Origin: Opitutus sp. GAS368
GTDB taxonomy: Bacteria > Verrucomicrobiota > Verrucomicrobiia > Opitutales > Opitutaceae
Direction: 5' to 3'
DNA length: 32,000 bases
Assembly: GCF_900104925.1 (NCBI RefSeq)
Contig: NZ_LT629735.1
Coordinates: 372,291-404,290 of the forward strand
Both the position numbers and the translations under genes were made by a program. The notes beneath the pieces are model-generated. The model was not told the origin of the DNA. It saw nothing but the letters and a program-made list of their open reading frames with translations, and made no database searches. Positions 1-6,692 of the stretch are shown piece after piece (the stretch's first letter is position 1; every line of letters begins with the position of its first letter).

Positions 1-275
1 ATCAGTCCACCCACCGCCGGGATCGCCAGCCGCTGCCACCAGACCAGGTCGCGGAACGAATCCACGATGCCCTCCGCCGTGCCGGTGAGCATGTAGTGGA
101 TGAGCTCGATGCCCCCGCGGAAGGTCAGGGCCGCCAGCGCCCCGAGCACGCCCGCCCCGGCCGCCCAGAAAAGCGTCTCCTGCCACGGCGAAGGCCGCAG
201 CTTCTCGATGATCCACAGCCGCCAACGCAGCAGGCGCAGCAAGCGCTCGTAGATTTGCGGCACCACTTCCTTCAC
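1..275 (-). CDS. ClC-type chloride channel family protein, N-terminal fragment (gene runs off the left edge)
   Basis: My own reverse-strand translation from GTG at 275 stays open to position 1: VKEVVPQIYERLLRLLRWRLWIIEKLRPSPWQETLFWAAGAGVLGALAALTFRGGIELIHYMLTGTAEGIVDSFRDLVWWQRLAIPAVGGL. A Gly/Ala-rich first TM helix followed by 'P..GGL' resembles ClC N-termini. It is absent from the ORF track because there is no stop in the window. The start codon is uncertain (GTG at 275, 266 or 263). Confidence 0.45.
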   Translation of the reverse strand, partial: MKEVVPQIYERLLRLLRWRLWIIEKLRPSPWQETLFWAAGAGVLGALAALTFRGGIELIHYMLTGTAEGIVDSFRDLVWWQRLAIPAVGGL

Positions 276-287
276 GGCGAAATATCC

Positions 288-400
288 CCGACACACCCCG
301 CCCTGCGGGCACCCCTCTCCAGAGGGGATTCAAGGCATTGCTGGCGAAAGTCTGGATCCCCTCTGGAGAGGGGTGGCGCGACCGCGCCGGGGTGTGTCGG
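288..400. repeat. Inverted doublet of the 'SPLERG' element (family 3): copy A 288-329 (reverse), 26-nt spacer, copy B 356-400 (forward)
   Basis: Copy B is atcccctctggagagggg-tggcgcgaccgcgcc-ggggtgtgtcgg. Copy A is its reverse complement, except that the middle hairpin is gccctgcgggc instead of ggcgcggtcgcgcc. Each copy holds hairpin cccctct/agagggg plus a second GC hairpin. The doublet lies between the SNF2 gene 3' end and the ClC gene 5' end. Confidence 0.9.
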
Positions 401-505
401 AGAGCAGCCGGCAACCGATCTCGCCTCCGCCCGGGTTGCTGTGTGTTGCGGCACTTCCACGAAATAACCATGGCCGACTCGGCCCGCCTGACAAGGCTTG
501 TTCCG

Positions 506-3112
506 TCAGGAAGCGACGGGCGGCGTGATCACCGGGACCGGCTCGGCCGGCAGCGCGGGCCCCAGCGGCCCGGTCGCCACCGCGGCGTTGAGCAGCTCGG
601 TCTCGCCGGCCTCCACCGCGCTGAGCTGGATGAGGCTGTTCAACGAGCTGAAATGCTTGGTCCACTCGAAGTCGCCGCTGTGGTGGCCGACCACCTGGTT
701 GAACAGCTGCTTCTTCTCCCCCTTCAACGACTGGATGCGCTCCTCGATCGTGCCGGCCGTCACCATGCGGTAGACGAACACCGTGTTCGTCTGGCCGATG
801 CGGTGCACGCGGTCGATGGCCTGGTCCTCGACCGCGGGGTTCCACCACGGGTCGAGCAGGAAGACGTAGTCCGCCGCGTGCAGCGTGATGCCCGTGCCGG
901 CGGCCTTGAGGCTGACCAGCATCGCCGCCGCGCCCGCCGCCGACTGGAAATCCTTCACCGGCTTCTGCCGGTCCACCGTCATGCCGGTGATCTCGTAGCG
1001 CGGCAGGTCCGGGTAATGCTGGTCGAGCGCCGTGCGCACGCGGTCGAGCAGGGTGACGAACTGCGAGAAAATGACGACCTTGTGGCCGCTGGCCACGACC
1101 TCGCTGAGCTTTTCCACGAGGAGCTGCAGCTTGCCGCTGTCGGTCAGCGGCGAATTCATCCACGGGAGCAGGTCCGGGTCGCAGCACACCTGCCGCAGGC
1201 GGGTGAGCAGGGCGAGGAAGCCGAAGGATTTTTCGCGCAGCGCCAGGCTGATGTCCTCGCCGAGGCGCGCCAGGCCCTCGGTGCAGATGCGGGCATACTC
1301 GGCGCGCTGCACCTCGGTGAGCGGGCAGAGCAGGTCCATCTCGACCTTGGGCGGGAGTTCCGTCGCCACCTCGTTCTTGGTGCGGCGCAGGATGAACGGC
1401 GCCACCTGCTGGCGCAGGCGGTTCATCGTCCGCTCGCGGTCCAGCACCAGCGCCGACTCGAACCCGGCCCGCGAGCCGAGCAGGCCGGGCAGCAGGTAGC
1501 GGAAGATGGACCAGAGATCGAGCTGGCGATTCTCCAGCGGCGTGCCGGTCATCACCAGCCGGTGCCGCGTCTTGATGGCGAAGCAGGCCTGCGTGACCTT
1601 GGCGTCGGGGTTCTTGATGAACTGGCCCTCGTCGAGGATGGCGTAGCCGAACTCCGTCGTGTCGAGCAGCGCGCGGTGCTTGCGCAGCTGCGTGTAGCTC
1701 GCGAGCCAGATGCACGGCGCCTTGTTGGTCTTGAAATCATTGCCCGATTTCAGGATGTCGACCTTCGCCTCGGGGTAGAAGCGGGCGATCTCCTCGCGCC
1801 AGACCGGCACGACGCTGGCGGGACAGACCACAACGTGACGGAACTTGGCCATGGGCCGGGTGCGCAGCAGGGCGATGACCTGCGCGGTCTTGCCGAGGCC
1901 CATCTCGTCGGCCAGCAGGCCGTGGCACTCGGTCTCGCACAGGTGGTGCATCCACTCGACGCCGCGGCGCTGGTAGTTGCGCAGATACTCGGGCAGCTCC
2001 GGCGGCGTGGCGGGCGGCGTCAGCACCTTCTGGCGCCAGGCTTCGATCTCGGGGCCGAGCGTGACCTTGAGGCGGTGGTCGTTGAAGAGGGAGAAGATCA
2101 GGTAGGGAGGGATCTCGCCGGCGGCGGCGGTGTCCTCGAGGTTGCGGCGCCACTGGTTGTAGCCCTCGAGCTTCTCGGGCGTGAGGGTGACGATGCCGAG
2201 GTCGGGCAGCAGCATCGGCGTGCGGCCGTGCTTGAGCAACGCGGCGGCCTGCTCGTCGGTCAGCAGCTTCTCGCCGGCGCGGAAAATCCAGCGCAGGTTC
2301 AGCCCGCCGTCGCCGCGCCGGTCGGCCACGGCCTCGATCTCGATGGCGCGCGCGCCCTGCTTGATGTTGTCCACCTTGACGTCGAGCTCGATGGCGAACT
2401 GCTTTTTCCAGTGCGGCAGCAGGTCGCGCAGGAAGCCCGGGATGTCGGCCAGCGCGTCGAGCGCGTAGGCGTGGGTGGACTGGTTGTAGCGGAAGTGGGC
2501 CTTGCGGGCGTAGGTGGCCAGCGCGATGAGCTTGGCGCGCTCGGCGGCGGTCGGCGGGTTGGCGGTGTTGCCGAGCGCGGGGATGCGGCTGCGGCCGCTC
2601 TTCCAGTAGGCGAGGAAGACCAGGCCGTCGGCGTTCGTGGTGAAGCTCAGCAGGAGGTCGCGCGCGGGGGCGTCGGGCTTGGGCGCGTCGTTGGCGCCGT
2701 TCCCATTGCCGTTGGCGCTGGCGTGATGGCCGTGGGCGGCGGGGCTGGCCTTGGGCAAGGCGCCGGGCAGCAGCGCGGCCATCTCGTCGACCAGCAGTTC
2801 CTCGATCTCATGCAAACCGGCGACGGCGATGGCGTTGGCCAGCAGGACGTCGGTCGAGGAGGAGCGGACCTTGATCCGGTCGTTGTCCCACTCGATCACC
2901 GCATATTCCTCCTTCTTCTCGACCTTGCGGTGGATGATGGCGTCCTTGGCGCCCAGCTCGACCTCGCGGATCTCGCCGTCGCGATACATGTCATGGCCCC
3001 GGTCCACATGGGTCGCGTCAAACTGCCCCTCCCAGTCGACCTCCATGCGGCCGAACCAGAATTCCAAGGATTGCGGAGTATAGATGCGCTTGGGCCCGTG
3101 GGTTTGCATCAA
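506..3112 (-). CDS. SNF2/RapA-family DEAD/DEAH-box helicase (868 aa)
   Basis: Motif I LLADEMGLGKT; motif II ILDEGQFIKN; LVMTGTPLENRQLDLWSIF; helicase-C HKVVIFSQF ... GTGITLHAADYVFLLDPWWNPAVEDQAIDRVHRIGQ. About 370 aa of non-helicase N-terminal region precede these motifs. Confidence 0.9.
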   Translation of the reverse strand: MMQTHGPKRIYTPQSLEFWFGRMEVDWEGQFDATHVDRGHDMYRDGEIREVELGAKDAIIHRKVEKKEEYAVIEWDNDRIKVRSSSTDVLLANAIAVAGLHEIEELLVDEMAALLPGALPKASPAAHGHHASANGNGNGANDAPKPDAPARDLLLSFTTNADGLVFLAYWKSGRSRIPALGNTANPPTAAERAKLIALATYARKAHFRYNQSTHAYALDALADIPGFLRDLLPHWKKQFAIELDVKVDNIKQGARAIEIEAVADRRGDGGLNLRWIFRAGEKLLTDEQAAALLKHGRTPMLLPDLGIVTLTPEKLEGYNQWRRNLEDTAAAGEIPPYLIFSLFNDHRLKVTLGPEIEAWRQKVLTPPATPPELPEYLRNYQRRGVEWMHHLCETECHGLLADEMGLGKTAQVIALLRTRPMAKFRHVVVCPASVVPVWREEIARFYPEAKVDILKSGNDFKTNKAPCIWLASYTQLRKHRALLDTTEFGYAILDEGQFIKNPDAKVTQACFAIKTRHRLVMTGTPLENRQLDLWSIFRYLLPGLLGSRAGFESALVLDRERTMNRLRQQVAPFILRRTKNEVATELPPKVEMDLLCPLTEVQRAEYARICTEGLARLGEDISLALREKSFGFLALLTRLRQVCCDPDLLPWMNSPLTDSGKLQLLVEKLSEVVASGHKVVIFSQFVTLLDRVRTALDQHYPDLPRYEITGMTVDRQKPVKDFQSAAGAAAMLVSLKAAGTGITLHAADYVFLLDPWWNPAVEDQAIDRVHRIGQTNTVFVYRMVTAGTIEERIQSLKGEKKQLFNQVVGHHSGDFEWTKHFSSLNSLIQLSAVEAGETELLNAAVATGPLGPALPAEPVPVITPPVAS

Positions 3113-3245
3113 GCTAAAAGCCAGACGTTAAAAAGTTCCGCGCCCCCCGCGCAATCCCTATTTCGCTTATTTACCAGCGCCCCTGCGGTGGAGCGTTTTA
3201 CGCAATCGTCACCGGACCGGCACCGGTCCTTGACACATTGCGGCC

Positions 3246-4532
3246 ATGCTCCGGGTGCGCTCGACGGCTGGCCGGTGGCCGCCGTCCGGGCCACCCACAT
3301 TGCAACTTGTCCTCGTAACCGAAACCTTCTCTCCCGAAATCAACGGCGTCGCCATGACGCTGGGGCACCTCGTGCACGGCCTCACGCAACGCGGCCACCA
3401 AGTCACGATCATCCGCCCGCGCCAGCGTGCCGAAAAGGGCGCTCCCGCCCTGCAGGTCAACGGCGCCGTCACGCAACACCTGCTGCCCGGCCTGCCCATC
3501 CCGGGCTATCCCCTGCTCCGCTTCGGCCTGCCCGCCGGCCGCTGCCTCCGTCGGCTCTGGTGCACCAACCGCCCCGATCTCGTGCACATCGCCACCGAGG
3601 GCCCGCTCGGCTGGTCGGCCCTCAACACCGCGCATGTCCTCGGCCTGCCGGTCACGTCGAGCTTTCACACCAACTTCCATCACTACACGCACGATTACCG
3701 CTTCAGCTGGCTGTTCACGCTCACGGCGAAGTGGCTGCGTCATTTCCACAACCGCACGCTCCGCACCTTCGCGCCGACCCGCGAGCTGTGCGCCGAGCTC
3801 GCGGCCGACGGCTACCACAACCTTCGCGTGCTTTCCCGCGGCGTGGACACCGGCCACTTCACTCCCGCCCGGCGCGACGCGGCCCAACGCGCGGCTTGGG
3901 GCGCCCCCGGCGACGACCCGGTCGTCATCCACACCGGCCGGCTCGCCCGCGAGAAAAATTACGGGCTGATCATCCGCGCCTTCGACGCCATGCGCACCGC
4001 CAACCCGCGCTGCCGCTTCGTGGTCGTCGGCGACGGCCCGTTGCGCGCCGGGCTGGCGGCCAAGCTGCCTTACGTCCGCTTCACCGGCTTCGTCGACCGC
4101 ACCACCCTCGCCGCCCACTACGCCACGGGTGACATCTACCTGCACGCCAGCGTGACCGAGACCTACGGCAATGTCGCCGCCGAGGCGCTGGCCAGCGGCC
4201 TCGCCTTCGCCGGTTACGACTACGCCGCCGCCCACGAGCTCGTGCGCCCGGAAGAAAACGGACTGCTGGTGCCGCTCGACGACGAGGCGGCGTTCATCGC
4301 CGCCGCCGTCCGCCTCGCCACCGACCCGGTGCTCGTCGCGCGCCTGCGCACCCGGGCCCCCGCCGCCGTGGCGGCCCGCTCCTGGGACAACGTCGTCACC
4401 CAGTTTGCCGCCGACCTCGCCGAGGCGGCCGACAAATCCCTTCCCCGTGCCTGTCATCCTGGACGAAGTGAAGGATCCAGCAGCATGACCGCCCCGGCTG
4501 TCATCCTGGATTCTTCGCTGCGCTCAGAATGA
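3246..4532 (+). CDS. GT4-family (GT-B fold) glycosyltransferase
   Basis: N-terminal LVLVTETFSPEINGVAMTL and C-terminal TGRLAREKNY. The EX7E motif is ETYGNVAAE within SVTETYGNVAAEALASGL. The real start may be TTG at 3300, giving MQLVLVTETF. The last ~25 codons are encoded by the 4453-4533 repeat, so the true C-terminus is uncertain. Confidence 0.85.
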   Translation: MLRVRSTAGRWPPSGPPTLQLVLVTETFSPEINGVAMTLGHLVHGLTQRGHQVTIIRPRQRAEKGAPALQVNGAVTQHLLPGLPIPGYPLLRFGLPAGRCLRRLWCTNRPDLVHIATEGPLGWSALNTAHVLGLPVTSSFHTNFHHYTHDYRFSWLFTLTAKWLRHFHNRTLRTFAPTRELCAELAADGYHNLRVLSRGVDTGHFTPARRDAAQRAAWGAPGDDPVVIHTGRLAREKNYGLIIRAFDAMRTANPRCRFVVVGDGPLRAGLAAKLPYVRFTGFVDRTTLAAHYATGDIYLHASVTETYGNVAAEALASGLAFAGYDYAAAHELVRPEENGLLVPLDDEAAFIAAAVRLATDPVLVARLRTRAPAAVAARSWDNVVTQFAADLAEAADKSLPRACHPGRSEGSSSMTAPAVILDSSLRSE

Positions 4533-4533
4533 C
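4453..4533. repeat. Imperfect inverted repeat of a 28-nt unit (arms 4453-4480 and 4506-4533)
   Basis: Arm 1 is gtcatcctggacgaagtgaaggatccag. The reverse complement of arm 2 is gtcattctgagcgcagcgaagaatccag. That gives 22/28 identity, and 3 of the 6 differences still allow G-T wobble pairs. 'ctgtcatcctgga' is also directly repeated at 4451 and 4498. Confidence 0.85.
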
Positions 4534-4548
4534 AAACCCGCTTCCACC

Positions 4549-5361
4549 ATGAGCAAACTCCACGTCCGCACCGTCATCCTGTCCGACATCCACCTCGGCA
4601 CGCCGCACAGCAAGGCCGAGGAAGTCACGCACTTCCTCAAGCACGTCCGCTGCGACCGGCTCATCCTCAACGGCGACATCATCGATGGCTGGCGCCTGCG
4701 CCGCGGCGACCCGTGGACCAAGGCCCACACCAGGTTCGTCCGCCGCGTGCTGACCATGATCCAGAAGCGCGACACCGAGGTCGTCTACCTCCGCGGCAAC
4801 CACGACGACTTCATCGGCCGCCTCCTCCCGATGCAGTTCGAGCACCTCAGCCTGGTCGAAGACCACATCCTCGAGACCTCCCGCGGCCGCTATTTGGTGC
4901 TGCACGGCGACGTGTTCGACGGCGTCGTGAAGAACATGGTGGTCCTCGCCCACCTCGGCGACCTCGGCTACAATCTGCTGCTCCGCCTCAATCGCGCCTA
5001 CAACTGGTTCCGCCGCCTCCGGGGCAAGGAATATTTCTCGCTCAGCCAGGCCATCAAGGCCCGCGTCAAGCAGGCCGTCAGCTTCATCGGCAAGTTCGAG
5101 GACCAGGTCGCCGCCCTCGCCCGCGAGCGCGGCTGCATCGGCGTCATCTGCGGCCACATCCACACGCCGGCCGACAAGATGATCGGCGACATCCACTACC
5201 TCAACTCCGGCGACTGGGTCGAATCGCTCACCGCCATCGTGGAGCACCACGACGGCCGCTTCGAGCTCGCGACCTACCGGGAGTTCGCCGCCCGTTTCGG
5301 CCCCGAGCCGGCCGCGGCCGACGAGGTGGACGAGCCGATGCAAATGCCCGTCCTCGCGTGA
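4549..5361 (+). CDS. LpxH-like calcineurin-type metallophosphoesterase (UDP-2,3-diacylglucosamine pyrophosphatase family)
   Basis: The ordered metallophosphoesterase motifs are present: LSDIHLG, LNGDIIDGW, LRGNHDDF, VLHGDVFD, CGHIHTP. Size is 270 aa. Confidence 0.8.
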   Translation: MSKLHVRTVILSDIHLGTPHSKAEEVTHFLKHVRCDRLILNGDIIDGWRLRRGDPWTKAHTRFVRRVLTMIQKRDTEVVYLRGNHDDFIGRLLPMQFEHLSLVEDHILETSRGRYLVLHGDVFDGVVKNMVVLAHLGDLGYNLLLRLNRAYNWFRRLRGKEYFSLSQAIKARVKQAVSFIGKFEDQVAALARERGCIGVICGHIHTPADKMIGDIHYLNSGDWVESLTAIVEHHDGRFELATYREFAARFGPEPAAADEVDEPMQMPVLA

Positions 5362-5371
5362 GTGCATTTTT

Positions 5372-5445
5372 GGAGGCGGGGCCATCAGCCCCGCGAGGCA
5401 TGGGCCACGTTGCCTACAACCCGCCGGGCTGATGGCCCCGCCTCC
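5372..5445. repeat. Perfect 19-bp-arm inverted repeat with structured 36-nt centre
   Basis: ggaggcggggccatcagcc (5372-5390) and its exact reverse complement ggctgatggccccgcctcc (5427-5445). The centre contains a small hairpin aggca/tgcct and a 'cctac'. It fills the intergenic gap between the LpxH-like and GT28 genes, and no U-tract follows it. Confidence 0.9.
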
Positions 5446-5459
5446 CCTGCCTTATCCGC

Positions 5460-6605
5460 ATGAATAAAGTCCTGATTCTCACCGCCGGCTACGGCGAGGG
5501 CCACAACAGCGCGGCGCGCGCCCTGCAGGCCGCGTTCAATGAGCGGCCGGGCCTCGACGCCGAGCTGGTCGACCTGTTCGCCCTGCGCGCCCCCCGGCTC
5601 AACCACGTCTCCCGCCGCGGCTATCTCCGGCTGATCAACACCGCCCCGAAGCTCTGGAGCCGGCTCTATCGCTGGCTCGACGAGTCGCCGCGCGCGCCGT
5701 GGATGTTCCGCACACTCGCCAGCCACCGCCGTCTGCTCGGCCGGATCATCGCCGAGAAGGAACCCGTCGCGCTCGTCTCCACCTACCCGGTCTACGCGTG
5801 GCTGCTTAACCAGCTGCGCCGCGAGGGGCACATGTTCTGCCCGCACTACACGGTCGTCACCGACGCGCTGACCATCAATTCCCTCTGGTATCGGTCCGGC
5901 TCGGCCGGGTGGTTTGTGACCGACCCGGATTCCGCCGCCTTCCTGACCGCCCGCGGCGTGCCGTCGGCCCGGGTCCACGTCAGCGGCTTTCCCGTCGCGC
6001 TCGCCTTTGCCGACCGGCCGGCGCATCTCGCGCCGCCCGAACCGACCAACCCCGCCCATCCCCGCCGCGTCCTGTTCATGATCAACACCGGCCGCACCCG
6101 CGCTCTGGCCGTCGCCCGGGCCCTTCTGCAGAATCCGTCCTGGCAGCTGACCATCACGGCCGGACGCGATGAAGGTCTGCGCCGTGAACTGATTGCCCTG
6201 GCCGCCGGCGCACCGGCCAAGGCCGACATCCTCGGCTGGACCGACCGCATCCCGGAGCTGCTGATGACGCACCACGTCGCCATCAGCAAGGCCGGCGGCG
6301 CCACCACGCAGGAATCCATCAACGCGCTCTGCCCGCTGATCGTGAGCCAGATCGTGCCCGGGCAGGAGGAGGGCAACTATGAGCTCATCCGCCGGAATGA
6401 CGCCGGGGCGCTCGCCGAGACGCCGGAGGCGATTGTCGCCACGCTTGAGCGCCTCTTCGCCGACGACGCGAGACTCTGGCGCCACTGGCGCACCAACCTG
6501 CGCCGCCTGGCCCAGCCCGCCGCCGCCCGCACCGTTGCCGACATCGTGCTGGCCGGGCCCGCGGTCGCGAACACGGAGCCTCATACCGTCAGTCTGGCCG
6601 GCTGA
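5460..6605 (+). CDS. GT28-family MGDG-synthase/UgtP-like diacylglycerol glycosyltransferase
   Basis: N-terminal VLILTAGYGEGHNSAARAL (MGDG_synth-type) and C-terminal ISKAGGATTQESINALCPLIV ... PGQEEGN (GT28 C-domain). Confidence 0.8.
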   Translation: MNKVLILTAGYGEGHNSAARALQAAFNERPGLDAELVDLFALRAPRLNHVSRRGYLRLINTAPKLWSRLYRWLDESPRAPWMFRTLASHRRLLGRIIAEKEPVALVSTYPVYAWLLNQLRREGHMFCPHYTVVTDALTINSLWYRSGSAGWFVTDPDSAAFLTARGVPSARVHVSGFPVALAFADRPAHLAPPEPTNPAHPRRVLFMINTGRTRALAVARALLQNPSWQLTITAGRDEGLRRELIALAAGAPAKADILGWTDRIPELLMTHHVAISKAGGATTQESINALCPLIVSQIVPGQEEGNYELIRRNDAGALAETPEAIVATLERLFADDARLWRHWRTNLRRLAQPAAARTVADIVLAGPAVANTEPHTVSLAG

Positions 6606-6692
6606 GGGCGGGGAGTCCGGCGGCGCGAACCGGCTCCGGCGCAGGCCGATTTGCCGGGGCTCGGCGGCACATGAAATTCGCCGCAATTCGCC

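Noticed and set aside
3231-3236. Perfect TTGACA (-35-like hexamer) in the SNF2/GT4 divergent region.
   Set aside because: It lies only 10 nt before the ORF-track ATG and I could not pair it with a convincing -10 element. It merely hints that the GT4 start may be the downstream TTG at 3300. This is not enough to call a promoter.
338-4132. Very long alternative-frame ORFs in the track (338..4132 +, 330..1715 -, 3198..4457 -, 5385..6752 -, 6834..9722 -, 12927..15674 -, 14069..15562 +, 19859..21445 -, 22245..23969 -, 25827..28073 -, 28765..30639 -).
   Set aside because: They overlap motif-bearing genes on the opposite strand or in another frame. They are Arg/Ala/Gly/Pro-rich low-complexity translations typical of stop-poor shadow frames in ~65% GC DNA, and they contain no recognisable motifs.
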